A model generated the notes under the pieces. That model was not told the origin of the DNA, searched no databases, and worked only from the letters and a program-made list of their open reading frames with translations. Below are positions 48,601 through 58,714 of a DNA stretch of 64,000 bases, one piece after another. The position numbers and the translations under genes were made by a program. The stretch lies in the NCBI GenBank assembly GCA_016218585.1, contig JACRDK010000031.1, positions 65,764 to 129,763 of the forward strand, given 5' to 3'. Position 1 is the stretch's first letter, and each line of letters opens with the position of its first letter. The DNA is from Candidatus Doudnabacteria bacterium. GTDB taxonomy: Bacteria; Patescibacteriota; Doudnabacteria; UBA920.

Positions 48601-51600
48601 TAGGCGGCAGCACCGACACATCTTTTGGCAAAAGCATTTTAGGTTCCGCCTCTTATAATTCCATTACAATAAAAAATTCTGCCTCATTATATTTAACCGC
48701 GTCTTCGGCGACTGCCACAACTTTAACTCTTTCTAACAATGGCTTATACGATGCCAAAGCCAGCACGACTTTAAGCTACTCAACTTTGAACTGGGGCGGC
48801 ATTATTGTTGACAGCGGAGGAACTTTGCCGGTTTTAAATCAAAATCAAGACATAACTATTCCAACCAGCTCCATATTGTCATTTAATGTTTTAAGCGGAA
48901 CCCGCACTTATAACAATGTAACCGTAAATGGAACGCTTACCAACACCGCAAATTCATCCGCAACAACAGGCACGGTTTCTTTGTATAAAATAAATTGGTC
49001 AGCAACTAATAATTTAACTGTTGGTCCTTCGGGCAGCATAAATGTTGACTCAAAAGGTTATCCTGGCGGCGCAGGCCCCGGAGCAGGCGGCACCGGAACT
49101 CAGGCGGGCGGCGGCGGCTACGGCGGCAAAGGCGGGGCGAGCCCAACCCCGGTAGCCGGAGGCGTTACTTACGGCTCAACATCCAGCCCTGTTAGCCTTG
49201 GATCGGGCGGCGGCAACACCGGGTGCGGCACTGTCGGAGGAATTGGTGGCGGCGCTGTTCAATTAACAGTTAGCGGAACCACGACAATTTTAGGAACTAT
49301 TTCCGCCAACGGCGCCAACGGCGGAACTTACCCTTGTTGGAACTCCGGCGCGGGAAGCGGCGGCTCAATTTTTATTACTACTAGCGGTCTTGCCGGAACC
49401 GGCACGGTTTCCGCTAACGGCGGAAGCGGAGTAGCCGGAGGCAGCGCTTCCGGTGACGGCGGCGGCGGCAGAATTTCTATTATTGCCACAACTAATTCCG
49501 CCAGCCTTACCAGAACTGTAAACCCCGGAACATCATACACCGCCGGAGCGCCCGGCTTGGGAACAACTTACCCGACTGACTTTCCCAGTATGTCCACCCA
49601 GGCGGTATCCAATAACATTACAGGAACGTCCGTTACCGGCAATGGGACAATTAACTCCATAAATTATTATCCCATAACTCAGTACGGCCATGTCTGGTCA
49701 ACCTGGGTCAATCCAACCGTACCAAACACAGATATTACTGACGGCGGATTCGGCACAGCGACATCTTCAAAATACAACCAAGGCGTGGTAGCTAATGCCT
49801 TTGACAACAGCACCAGCACTTTTTGGGGATCGGACCAAGGAACTCCTTACGATGTAGAGTATGACTTTGCTACAACTACGGTAGTAAATAAATACATTAT
49901 TATTTCTTCGCCTTCCGGTGCGCCTACCGACTCGCCAAAGGATTGGCAATTCCAGGCTTGGGATGGAGCTTCATGGGTAAATTTGCAATCCGTTTCTTCA
50001 CAAACAGCCTGGGGTAATACCGAATCAAGAGCTTTTACTTTAGTGAACACCACGCCATATACTAAATACCGCCTATACATTACCGCCAACAACGGCGGCG
50101 GCTGGACCAGGTTTGCCGAATTTCAAATGTTAAATACTTCCAGCAGCGTAGCGGCCAATGGCGCCACTACCACTCCCGGAGCATTTACGTCTAATATTTC
50201 CGGGCTGAGCCCGAACACAACTTACTACACCCGTTCTTATGCCACCACCCAAGCGGGCATTGCTTACGGCGACAACATTTCCTTTAGTACCGGTAATGCC
50301 AACAACGCCCCAAACTCCCCCTCTTCTTTAGGTCCCAATAATTTTACCAGTAATACTTGGACAACTTCTACCGCGCCGACTTTGACTTTTAATTTAACCG
50401 ATCCGGACGGCAGCGATACCGTAAAGTACAGAATAATTTTAGACAACGACAGCAATTTTTCTTCACCGTTAATAGATTATACTTCCTCGCTGCAATCACA
50501 AGGAGCCGCCAGCTTTACGGTTGGCCAAAGCGCCGGCAGCGGCAGCTACTCCATTGGCACTGCCGGGCAAACCCTGTCTGACAATAGTTCATACTACTGG
50601 GAAGTCCAAGCCATAGACAGCAATACCCTTACCTCATCATTTACCGTAGCAAATTCCGGAAGCATAGCTTTTAAAGTTGACACCACGGCCCCGGTCGCGG
50701 GAACGGCAAACTTTGGCGCGATTACAGAAACATTATTAATTGTAACTTCCAGCGGATCTTCAGATGCCGGCTCGGGAATTGCCAGCTACTACTATAGAAA
50801 CTTTACCAACTCTACCACTTACGGGCCAAATCTTTCCGCTTCTTGGAATGACAGCGGACTAACCCCAAACACGCAATATTCATTCAACATAACCTTAACT
50901 GACGGCGTAGGTTTAACTTCCACCACCGCCACATCCAGCGCTTACACTCTTGCCAACATTCCATCCAGCCCGACAACCACGGTAATTTCCAATTCCTCAA
51001 TTTTGCTTTCTTGGAATAATAATTCAAACCCGGCCAATACCGAATACTACGCGGAAAATTCAACCAGCGCATTTAACTCCGGCTGGATTACCGGCACCAG
51101 TACGCTCTTTACCGGCTTGTCCTGCGGCACCTCGTACACTTTTCACGTTCGGGCACGCAATGCTGTTGGAACCGTTACTTCTTATAGCGCCTCTGTTAGC
51201 CCTTCCGCTTCACCTTGCAATAACAATCCCAACACGCCTAGCTCTCTAGGCTACAGCCAATACACTAATGGCGGATGGACAAATCAATCAACGCCGATTT
51301 TGGCATTTAGCTTAACTGATTCAGATGCCTCGGACACTATTAAATACCGGGTGCAAGTTGCAACCAGCAGCGACTTTTCCGCATTGGTGGCAGACTATAC
51401 TTCTCCCCTGCAAGCACAAGGAGCGCAAGCTTTTACCGTTGGACAAGCAACCAGCACCGGCAGCTACGCGGTTGGTTTTGCCGGACAAACTTTGGCGGAT
51501 AATTCAAACGGTTATTATTGGCGGGTAATGGCCATAGACAACAGTTTAGCAACTTCATCCTGGGCCAGCGCAGCCGGCGGAGCGGTTGCTTTTAAATTAG

Positions 51601-54596
51601 AAACCGTGGCTCCGACAGTTGGAAGTTTGAGCGTTACCAGCACAACTACCAATGCCGTATCTCTTTCATTTAGCGGCGCAAGCGATTCAGGCTCCGGCTT
51701 AACAGCCACGCCATATATTTATTTCAACACCAGCAATTGGAATTCATCCGGCAATACCGCAGCCACTACCTGGACTAATTCCGGGCTTGCTGCGGGAACT
51801 TACTCCTATAAAGTTAGGGTAACTGACAATGCCGGAAACTATACCGAAGCTTTATTGCCTCAAACAGTAACTGTCTCAGGCGACGGTGGGGGCGGCGGAG
51901 GCGGCGGCAGCGACCCATGGACCGGCGGAGTCACCAACGGCTTTAGCGTATTTATAAACCAAAATGATTCCATAACAAATACTAACAATGTAACGCTGCA
52001 GTTAACCGGCCAACCCGGCACAACGCAGATGTTAATTTCCAATCTGTCTAATTTTTCCGGCGCCAGCCTAGAGCCGTATGATACCACAAAATTCTGGGAT
52101 CTTTGTTCCGGTTTGGGCAGCTGCCTAAATGGCACTTACACCGTTTACGCAAAATTCTATAATTCTTTAAGCCAAAGCTCGGGCACTGTTTCAGACAGCA
52201 TAACTTATCAAATTCTTAACAGCTTAAATCCGGGCACTTTATCCTTAACCGGCGTCAGCACAAGTACAGCAAGCATTTTAATTAGCGGCTCGAGCGACGC
52301 AGTTTACGGCTTAGCCGCAAGCCCTTACACTTTTATTAACCGTACCAACGGAAATCAGTCTGCTACCAGTTCTGTCTCATCTTGGATAAATACCGGGCTT
52401 ACTCCAAATACCCAATACTACTATTATGCGATTGTAGGAAACGCCAATTCCACTTACGGGTACACTTCAGATATTAGTGCTTATACTTTAGCCAACCCGC
52501 CAACCTTACTCGCAACAACTTCTATTACCAGCTCTTCAATAGGACTTGCCTGGAGCGCAAACAACAACCCCGTTGGAACCGAGTACCAAATTCTCAACCA
52601 AACTGCCGGCACCTCCTCCGGCTGGATAACATCTACCAGCACTACAATAAGCGACTTAACCTGCGCCAACTCTTATTCTTTTAAAGTTAAAGCGCGTAAT
52701 GCTAACGGCGTAGAAACAACATACTCAAATCTAATTACGGAAAGCACTTCCGCCTGCCCTGTCACGCCGCCGCCATCAGGTGGAGGCGGTGGCGGTGGAG
52801 GCGGCGGGCAGCCGGTAGTCCCGCCAACGGACACAACCCCCACGCCGGCCCTTGTTTGTCCCGCTCCGGGCGAGGATGAATTTAACGCCTGTTTCTATAA
52901 TAGTATGGATTTAAGCTCTCCTGCGGCGACCGGAACCACAAAAGAAATTAATTTTGATTGGGGTTTCGGCTCCCCCGCAACCGGAGTTAGGGTTGATAAC
53001 TTTAGCGCCCGTTGGCAAGGTTATTTTAATTTTGAAAACGGATTATACCGTTTTTCCGCCACTAGCGATGACGGAGCAAGAGTTTATGTTGACGACCAAT
53101 TAGTTATTAGCCAATGGAATGACCATCCGGCTACCAGATATACAAATGATATTAGGCTCTCCGCCGGCAGGCATTATGTCTTAATGGATTACTATGACAA
53201 TATGGCCAGCGCCATAGCCAAACTTTCCTGGCAAAAAATAATAGCTTCTCCGGCAACTTCAACTCCGCCGCAAACGCCTCCGCAGACTCCGCCAAGCACC
53301 ACTCCGACAAATCCGCAAACCAGCACCAACCCGAGCACTCCGACAAATCCGCCGGTTGTTGTAGTAACTCCTCCGGTAAGCACTACAATAATTCCGCCAA
53401 CTGCGCCAATTACAAACCCTTCCCCCGCCACATCTGTCACCCCCACAGTTCCAAACACCGACACCAAACTCTCTCTTCCGACTATTGAGCTGCCTGACCT
53501 AAGCGGCATTGGCAATGAAGTAAAAATTCTTTCCAGTTCCGTTCTTTCTACTTCTCTGCTCCAGGCAAAGAAATTCTTTTCTTATGCTTTAGTCGAGCCG
53601 GTAAGCTCACTAGTGGGAACAATGTTTAAAATTCGCAACTCCTCGCACACAGCCGTGGGCGTAACTGCTTTAACGCTCGCGCCGGCAAGTTTTTACCTGG
53701 AATACTCCTTAGCCAGCTACGGCTTAAACATAAATGCCGCGGGAACTTTTGCGGACATTTGGCTTAGATTATTGCAATGGTTCTACGGCCTCCTTGCCAT
53801 AACAGGACTCAAGAGAAAACGCCGCTACTGGGGAACGGTTTATGACAGCGAAAGCAAACAACCGCTGGACCCGGCGATTGTAGAGTTAATTGACCCCGCC
53901 ACAGGAAAAGTTATTGAACAAAACATTACCGACATGCACGGAAGATTTGGCTTTTTAGACCGACCGGGAAAGTTTATTATTCGTTCTACCAAAACCAATT
54001 ACCGCTTTCCTTCGGAAATAGTCTTAGGAAAAACCGATCTGGTTTTCGACAACCTCTACCACGGAGAAAAATTGGAAATTGCTTCCGATAACGATATTAT
54101 CACCCCAAATATCCCAATGGATCCAATGGCGTTTGATTGGAACCAAATGGATAAACAACGGGTGGTAAAAATCAACCCCCGCATGGAATATATTTTCCAT
54201 ATAATTTTGCAAACTCTATTTTGGTCCGGCGCGCTGTTTGTGCTGATTAATTTTATTCTTCTGCCAAACTTGTTCAATTCAATTTCCGCTTTGTTCTATG
54301 TTGTTATGGTAATTATGCGCAAACTTATTCCCCATGCCCACCTATGGGGCCGAGTTGTTTTCCATAACGGCGAAAGAGCTAACCATCTTCTGCTTGAACT
54401 CCACCCGGTAAAAATCCCGACCGTGGTAACCGGCAGAGCTGTAAGCGCCGAAAGCGGCAAATTCTTCTTAAAAGCCATGCCCGGAAACTACATACTAACC
54501 GTAAAAAAAGTAGACGGACTTAACAACACCATACTTTATAAACAGGAAGTCACAGTCGGCAAAGAAGGCGTTGTAAACGAAATTATCAGCTTATAA
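45615..54596 (+). CDS. giant multidomain surface protein (2993 aa)
   Basis: N-terminal TM anchor, Ser/Thr-rich stalk, duplicated Gly-rich beta-helix-like modules, F5/8 discoidin-like domain (about 49780..50130), FN3-like modules, PA14-like domain (about 52985..53230, FSARWQGYF..GARVYVDDQLV), PT-rich linker, C-terminal TM helices with two carboxypeptidase-regulatory-like beta-sandwiches; TTG start 8 nt after AGGAAAA. Confidence 0.7.
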   Translation: MKIEKSKLKNSFLGGMPKAETLKKNLGGFLIICISFSQTIAPWAIAATPTDNASANYTTEQFYPEQILQNSDDSLPYAWAASENALTRELADSAPLEQFSTSNSAVLANSKTEATSTPSDLLAEQPPLENNNSTTTASSTNIEVPPAVSEASSTEIKIYEADVSPANLSEQNQIENSESSTSPDVLDSNQNSPTNQTNSTETEITPTTTQSSDTEITPSTTPSSVTPPAATINNEDNSSTTPPDIASATPVEILPTPELSAPVLEYGHFTSSQNSSDKNNFNNPAQARIKLSFASLPLIAGKLILEYSVASSSWQTLSTVALDGQSSNAERNGFFSAELPQTAINDLSTLHVRLKISAPQTSWQNILPSELFYLDSIWLEADYKNTLPEIDEDQLAATDLGNLTPEEFAHLDFFSPLMELFMPADLSANPITVGSKKLGFNSLPLQMLPINVSTDSPATRLGQKVTYADAYKSTDLEYIMSDSGLKENIILKDKNHPSKFRYLTNLDKYDSVQTSSSTIALFAKGHKGQPLYQRYVLSAPIMTDSQGQVSSRLEFKVNKNLITLIPDPAWLKTASYPVTVDPNVSLSVLNVSSFPVAGEFWTIDFTTVGQDNLTITPADQATVDDMEFSSLTCDGNPISANVSAGGQVAVNNWSCDGIGEVKFLDKKTGHHQMIFNFGDASQDAYNGSNTWNGLAGDSNWATGGNWSLGTAPALADDVVISTAATINISSSTAINSLTLGNSGGGVATVLNFNYDAIGGQPLSITGNLTVYSGASITHTVSSAGSVVGTVNISTGGNSTITGSISLNAKGYTGGYGPGKGTDDLRAGGGGYGGNGGTGNLGALGGTSNGSTTVPTSLGSGGGNSGCGSTGGTGGGALKLSTTGTTTIAGTITANGGTGATPCWNSGGGSGGSIYIITNVLTGAGSITANGGVGVTGGNASGDGGGGRIAINYTTDNSTITYSAYSGAGQLYGGSGTVYKKSQAQSTGDLTFDNNNLGGSTDTSFGKSILGSASYNSITIKNSASLYLTASSATATTLTLSNNGLYDAKASTTLSYSTLNWGGIIVDSGGTLPVLNQNQDITIPTSSILSFNVLSGTRTYNNVTVNGTLTNTANSSATTGTVSLYKINWSATNNLTVGPSGSINVDSKGYPGGAGPGAGGTGTQAGGGGYGGKGGASPTPVAGGVTYGSTSSPVSLGSGGGNTGCGTVGGIGGGAVQLTVSGTTTILGTISANGANGGTYPCWNSGAGSGGSIFITTSGLAGTGTVSANGGSGVAGGSASGDGGGGRISIIATTNSASLTRTVNPGTSYTAGAPGLGTTYPTDFPSMSTQAVSNNITGTSVTGNGTINSINYYPITQYGHVWSTWVNPTVPNTDITDGGFGTATSSKYNQGVVANAFDNSTSTFWGSDQGTPYDVEYDFATTTVVNKYIIISSPSGAPTDSPKDWQFQAWDGASWVNLQSVSSQTAWGNTESRAFTLVNTTPYTKYRLYITANNGGGWTRFAEFQMLNTSSSVAANGATTTPGAFTSNISGLSPNTTYYTRSYATTQAGIAYGDNISFSTGNANNAPNSPSSLGPNNFTSNTWTTSTAPTLTFNLTDPDGSDTVKYRIILDNDSNFSSPLIDYTSSLQSQGAASFTVGQSAGSGSYSIGTAGQTLSDNSSYYWEVQAIDSNTLTSSFTVANSGSIAFKVDTTAPVAGTANFGAITETLLIVTSSGSSDAGSGIASYYYRNFTNSTTYGPNLSASWNDSGLTPNTQYSFNITLTDGVGLTSTTATSSAYTLANIPSSPTTTVISNSSILLSWNNNSNPANTEYYAENSTSAFNSGWITGTSTLFTGLSCGTSYTFHVRARNAVGTVTSYSASVSPSASPCNNNPNTPSSLGYSQYTNGGWTNQSTPILAFSLTDSDASDTIKYRVQVATSSDFSALVADYTSPLQAQGAQAFTVGQATSTGSYAVGFAGQTLADNSNGYYWRVMAIDNSLATSSWASAAGGAVAFKLETVAPTVGSLSVTSTTTNAVSLSFSGASDSGSGLTATPYIYFNTSNWNSSGNTAATTWTNSGLAAGTYSYKVRVTDNAGNYTEALLPQTVTVSGDGGGGGGGGSDPWTGGVTNGFSVFINQNDSITNTNNVTLQLTGQPGTTQMLISNLSNFSGASLEPYDTTKFWDLCSGLGSCLNGTYTVYAKFYNSLSQSSGTVSDSITYQILNSLNPGTLSLTGVSTSTASILISGSSDAVYGLAASPYTFINRTNGNQSATSSVSSWINTGLTPNTQYYYYAIVGNANSTYGYTSDISAYTLANPPTLLATTSITSSSIGLAWSANNNPVGTEYQILNQTAGTSSGWITSTSTTISDLTCANSYSFKVKARNANGVETTYSNLITESTSACPVTPPPSGGGGGGGGGGQPVVPPTDTTPTPALVCPAPGEDEFNACFYNSMDLSSPAATGTTKEINFDWGFGSPATGVRVDNFSARWQGYFNFENGLYRFSATSDDGARVYVDDQLVISQWNDHPATRYTNDIRLSAGRHYVLMDYYDNMASAIAKLSWQKIIASPATSTPPQTPPQTPPSTTPTNPQTSTNPSTPTNPPVVVVTPPVSTTIIPPTAPITNPSPATSVTPTVPNTDTKLSLPTIELPDLSGIGNEVKILSSSVLSTSLLQAKKFFSYALVEPVSSLVGTMFKIRNSSHTAVGVTALTLAPASFYLEYSLASYGLNINAAGTFADIWLRLLQWFYGLLAITGLKRKRRYWGTVYDSESKQPLDPAIVELIDPATGKVIEQNITDMHGRFGFLDRPGKFIIRSTKTNYRFPSEIVLGKTDLVFDNLYHGEKLEIASDNDIITPNIPMDPMAFDWNQMDKQRVVKINPRMEYIFHIILQTLFWSGALFVLINFILLPNLFNSISALFYVVMVIMRKLIPHAHLWGRVVFHNGERANHLLLELHPVKIPTVVTGRAVSAESGKFFLKAMPGNYILTVKKVDGLNNTILYKQEVTVGKEGVVNEIISL

Positions 54597-54630
54597 AAAA
54601 ATCTGCTCCCAATTCGGGAGCAGATTTTTT
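54597..54630. terminator. bidirectional terminator (AAAAAAATCTGCTCCC..GGGAGCAGATTTTTT)
   Basis: Perfect stem between convergent genes. Confidence 0.65.
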
Positions 54631-54638
54631 ATGTTTAT

Positions 54639-56027
54639 TTAAAATTGATTGGCAAACTTATTGGTTCTGGGGCCCTTAAAGGAACGTTGTCCGCCAAAAC
54701 TCGGTCCGCGGGATTTTTTCCTAAAATTTGGCTTTGGCTTAGATAAAAAGTAGCCGCGTCCGCTTTCGCCTCGGGCGGTATTTTCTTGGGCTTGAGGCAT
54801 TCTGGCCGGAGCCGGCCTGGCTCCGCGGAAACGGGAAAATTTAGAAGTTCCCTGTTGGCGTCCGCCATAGCGTTCCCTTTCGGCAAAAGGCTCTTTTGCG
54901 CGGGGTTCTAATTTCGGCAGCTCGGAAACCGGAAGTTGTTTTTTAATTAAACGCTCAATAGCTCTGACATCGTGCTTTTGATCCGGGGTGGCAAATGACA
55001 CGGCATGCCCTGTCATTTGAGCGCGTCCGGTGCGGCCAATGCGATGGACGTAATCGGCAGCCTGTTCGGGCAAATCAAAATTAATTACCAGCTCAATACC
55101 GGTAACGTCAATGCCGCGGGCGGCAATATCGGTAGCAACAAGCACGCGATACTTTCCGGACTTAAAGCCATTTAAAGCTTCCAGCCTTTGGTTTAAAGAA
55201 CGGTTAGAGTGAATTTCCGCGGAAGTATAACCCATGCCGCTAACCACGCGAGCAACTTTTTTGGCGCCAAATTTTGTGCGGCAAAAAACCAAAGCGGTGC
55301 CGGAATATTCTTTTAACAAGCTTTCCAGCAAAGGAAGTTTAAAATCTTTTTGTACAAAAAATAATTCCTGGCTAACATTGGTGGCGGCAGTCCCCTGCGG
55401 AACCACTTCCACTCTTACCGGCAGCTTCATATAAGAATTGGCAATGTTGATAATTTCCGCCGGCATAGTCGCGCTAAACAACATAGTCTGGCGAACAGCG
55501 GGAACTGTTTGGAGAATTTTTTTAATTTGCGGGGCAAATCCCATATCTAGCATTCTATCGGCTTCATCCAATACCAGAATGTTTACCGCATCCAGGCGGA
55601 CAGTGTGCTGCTGCAAGTGGTCAATTAATCTGCCCGGGGTGGCAATAATAATATGCGGACTCTTTCTTAATTGCTGCACCTGGCGGTTAATATTTTCTCC
55701 GCCAATCAGCACCGCGGTTTTAAGCCCCAACGGCGAGCCAAGCTTGTGCAAAGACTCTTCTACCTGAACTGCCAGCTCTCTGGTTGGCAAAATAATCAAG
55801 CCGCGGCCTTTTTGCGTTACCAAGCGCTGCAGCATAGGAATGCCAAAAGCCAGGGTTTTCCCTGTGCCGGTCTGGGCAATACCCATAATATCTTTGCCTT
55901 CCAAGGCATGAGGAATTGACTGGAACTGAATTGGGGTTGGTGTTTGAAACTGTAATTTTTCCAAAATGCTTAAAATTTTCGGCGCAATGCCTAATTCGGA
56001 AAAAGTCTTTGTTATTTGTTGTGTCAT
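54639..56027 (-). CDS. DEAD-box ATP-dependent RNA helicase with basic RG-rich C-terminal tail
   Basis: Q motif, AQTGTGKT, DEAD, SAT, HRIGRTGR; start taken at MTQQITKTF (ATG 56027). Confidence 0.9.
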   Translation of the reverse strand: MTQQITKTFSELGIAPKILSILEKLQFQTPTPIQFQSIPHALEGKDIMGIAQTGTGKTLAFGIPMLQRLVTQKGRGLIILPTRELAVQVEESLHKLGSPLGLKTAVLIGGENINRQVQQLRKSPHIIIATPGRLIDHLQQHTVRLDAVNILVLDEADRMLDMGFAPQIKKILQTVPAVRQTMLFSATMPAEIINIANSYMKLPVRVEVVPQGTAATNVSQELFFVQKDFKLPLLESLLKEYSGTALVFCRTKFGAKKVARVVSGMGYTSAEIHSNRSLNQRLEALNGFKSGKYRVLVATDIAARGIDVTGIELVINFDLPEQAADYVHRIGRTGRAQMTGHAVSFATPDQKHDVRAIERLIKKQLPVSELPKLEPRAKEPFAERERYGGRQQGTSKFSRFRGARPAPARMPQAQENTARGESGRGYFLSKPKPNFRKKSRGPSFGGQRSFKGPRTNKFANQF

Positions 56028-56459
56028 AAATAAAAGAAAAACTCCCATTTGCCTTAAGCCTGTGAGGGAAGAGACTTTGGGATTATGAAATAGATTATGT
56101 AATTAGGGTGACTATCTTAAAAACTAAAGAGGGTATGGCTCCCAGCTTAACCGAAAATACTTGAAAGCCGGAAACATTGTTTCCGGTCTGCAAAATTCAA
56201 GAAACCGATATAAATGCTAGGTACGTCAATAATTTATATTATTATATCATATCTAAATTATTTTGTCAAGAATATAGCCTGATTTGTTACTTTTTCCCCT
56301 ATTTCCGGTATTAATATATGCCGCAAGCAAAGCCTTTAACTTATATATAGAGGCCGGTATGTTATGATTAATATACCAATTAAAGAAAAGGCGGCGCCAA
56401 AATAGAAAATTTTTATAGAGCGCCAAATTTCTAATAATAAAATTAACCAGTGCTCACTT

Positions 56460-57023
56460 ATGGAAACAAACCTGGCGCAAATTATCGCCGAGTGCCAAGC
56501 CGGACAATTAGAACAATTCGCGGTTTTATACGATGCCTATGTGCGAAAGATTTATGACTTTATCTTCTACCGCACTATGCATAAGGAAACCGCTGAGGAT
56601 TTAACCAGCCTGACTTTTACCAAAGCGCTGGAAAGAATAAATACCTATCAAGCCAACAAAGGCAGCTTTAGCGCCTGGCTTTACCAAATTGCCCGCAACA
56701 CATTAATCGATAACTATAAAAACCACAAGCCCACCGCGGCAGTTGAGGAACTGGAAAATTTTGCCAGCGGGGAAAACCTGGAACAACAAACCGAAGCCAG
56801 GCTGAATTTGGAAAAAGTTAAAAACTTTTTACAAACCCTGGACGAAGAAAAAAGAGAAATTGTCACAATGCGCGTATGGGACGGCCTGTCTTACAAAGAG
56901 ATTGGCGACATTCTGGGAAAATCGGAAAGTTCCTGCAAAATGAGCTTTCTGAGAATTATGGAAAAACTAAATAAAGAAGCGGCTTTTGCCTTAATTTATT
57001 TATTGATGTTAAAAATCGGCTAG
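56460..57023 (+). CDS. ECF-type RNA polymerase sigma-70 factor
   Basis: Region 2 (YQIARNTLIDNYK) and region 4 HTH (LSYKEIGDILGKSESSCKMSFLR). Confidence 0.75.
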   Translation: METNLAQIIAECQAGQLEQFAVLYDAYVRKIYDFIFYRTMHKETAEDLTSLTFTKALERINTYQANKGSFSAWLYQIARNTLIDNYKNHKPTAAVEELENFASGENLEQQTEARLNLEKVKNFLQTLDEEKREIVTMRVWDGLSYKEIGDILGKSESSCKMSFLRIMEKLNKEAAFALIYLLMLKIG

Positions 57024-57045
57024 TTAAGCCAAATGAAAGGATTTT

Positions 57046-58644
57046 ATGGAAAATATAGAAGTAAAAATTGAAGAGCTTACCAAAGAATTATTAGCTTACG
57101 ACAAAAACTTTATGGCACACGAAGCGGAACTTAAAAAAATTATCCGCCAATTGCTGATGTCCAAACCGGACACTAAATTTGATCCGCAATTCGCGGAGAA
57201 CTTGCGCCGCCAACTACTGCTTAAAGCGGAAGACTTAAAAACCGCGTCCTCGCCGAGGCTGTGGAAAAGCTGGAGAACCTTGCTGGTTCCGGCAATGGCC
57301 GTTGCGGTTTTGATTTTTGGCGGCATATATATTAATAATAAAAACAATAAAACCGTTATCGAAACCCCGCTGCTCTCGGATAAAATAGAAATTGATTCCA
57401 TCGGCAAAAATGCTTTTGGAAAAATCGCTTTAAATGACATCGGCTCAGGAGGTACAGGCCGCGGGGGCGGAGGCGGCGGCAGTGAAGCCTTAAGCGCCAC
57501 TCCGATAGCCGCGCCAAAAAACGCGGACTCATCTAATACCCAAACCCAAACAGCCGCGGAACCCGATTCCGGAACCGCTTCCAATTTAGCCAACACCAAC
57601 AGTTTGGCTATGCCAACAACAGTAGCCAGCCCGGTGGCCAGCGGCATGGGTGGTGGTGGCGGCGATGCTAAAATGATAGCCCCCTATCCAAACTATCGCT
57701 ATGTTTATAAAGGCGAACCGCTAAAACTCACCGACACGGAAGTAAGCGTCTATAAAAGGCAAAAAGGCATGACCAGCTCGGCCGCCGCGCAATTTATTAA
57801 GCAGCTGCGTTTTGGCTTAATTGATATGACCAAATTCAACAATGTTGATGTTGATTTAATAAGCCTAATGGAGAAAAAAGAATACGGCTATAACTTAACC
57901 ATAAACTTCCGCGAAGGAATAATTGCCATTAACGAAAATTGGGAGCTGTGGCCAACCCCGGATAAACAATGCCAAACTCCGGAATGCTATGACTCTTTGC
58001 GCCTAAAGCCGAGCGATGTTCCGGCAGACGAAGAAATTCTGTCTATTGCTTCCAAATTTTTATCCAATTACAATATTTCCACCGCCAATTACGGCCAGCC
58101 ACAAATAATGAAATTCTGGCAGCGGGATTTGGAAATGGCAACGGATAAAAATCAAGTTTATATTCCCGATGTAGTGTCGGTAATTTATCCGCTAATTATA
58201 GAGGGCCAGCAGGTTTATGACGAAAGCGGTTCCCCTGCCGGACTTGCGGTTAACGTTAATATCCGCGTAAAAAAAGCTTCGGGCGTGCAAGAACTTGCCG
58301 TGCAAAAATACCAGTCTTCTTCTTACCCGGCTGAAACAGACGCAAATAGAATTATTAAGCTTGCGGAAAATGGCGGCTTTAGAACAATTTACTATGCGCA
58401 GGAAGGCGTAAAAACTGAAGACATTGAATTAGGAACGCCGACCAAGTCTCTGGTAAAAATCTGGCAGTATAAAAACGGCACTTCTGATGAATTATATATC
58501 CCGGCTTTAGTTTTCCCGGTAACTTCCGCCCCTAAAGATTCCCGCTACGGATATTTTTACAAAACCAATGTCATTGTTCCTTTAGCAAAAGAAATTTTAG
58601 ATGATGCTAACAATGGCGGCGGACCAGTACCGCTAATGAAGTAA
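57046..58644 (+). CDS. putative anti-sigma factor / membrane protein (cytoplasmic N-domain, one TM, Gly-rich and globular extracytoplasmic domain)
   Basis: Gene order and topology are typical of ECF anti-sigma factors. Confidence 0.5.
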   Translation: MENIEVKIEELTKELLAYDKNFMAHEAELKKIIRQLLMSKPDTKFDPQFAENLRRQLLLKAEDLKTASSPRLWKSWRTLLVPAMAVAVLIFGGIYINNKNNKTVIETPLLSDKIEIDSIGKNAFGKIALNDIGSGGTGRGGGGGGSEALSATPIAAPKNADSSNTQTQTAAEPDSGTASNLANTNSLAMPTTVASPVASGMGGGGGDAKMIAPYPNYRYVYKGEPLKLTDTEVSVYKRQKGMTSSAAAQFIKQLRFGLIDMTKFNNVDVDLISLMEKKEYGYNLTINFREGIIAINENWELWPTPDKQCQTPECYDSLRLKPSDVPADEEILSIASKFLSNYNISTANYGQPQIMKFWQRDLEMATDKNQVYIPDVVSVIYPLIIEGQQVYDESGSPAGLAVNVNIRVKKASGVQELAVQKYQSSSYPAETDANRIIKLAENGGFRTIYYAQEGVKTEDIELGTPTKSLVKIWQYKNGTSDELYIPALVFPVTSAPKDSRYGYFYKTNVIVPLAKEILDDANNGGGPVPLMK

Positions 58645-58669
58645 CGGCTGAAAGAGAATTAACTAATTT

Positions 58670-58700
58670 AAAAACACCCTTTCTAGAGAAGGATGTTTTT
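58670..58700 (+). terminator. rho-independent terminator (AAAAACACCCTT..AAGGATGTTTTT)
   Basis: Stem plus T-run after the anti-sigma gene. Confidence 0.55.
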
Positions 58701-58714
58701 AAATTTAAAGCGTA

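Noticed and set aside
47339-54478. Many 60-107-aa ORFs on both strands inside the giant gene (e.g. 48209..48478, 53192..53515)
   Set aside because: Wrong-frame translations of Gly/Thr/Pro-rich repeats (RRR/GGG/VVV runs). The single 2993-aa frame is uninterrupted.
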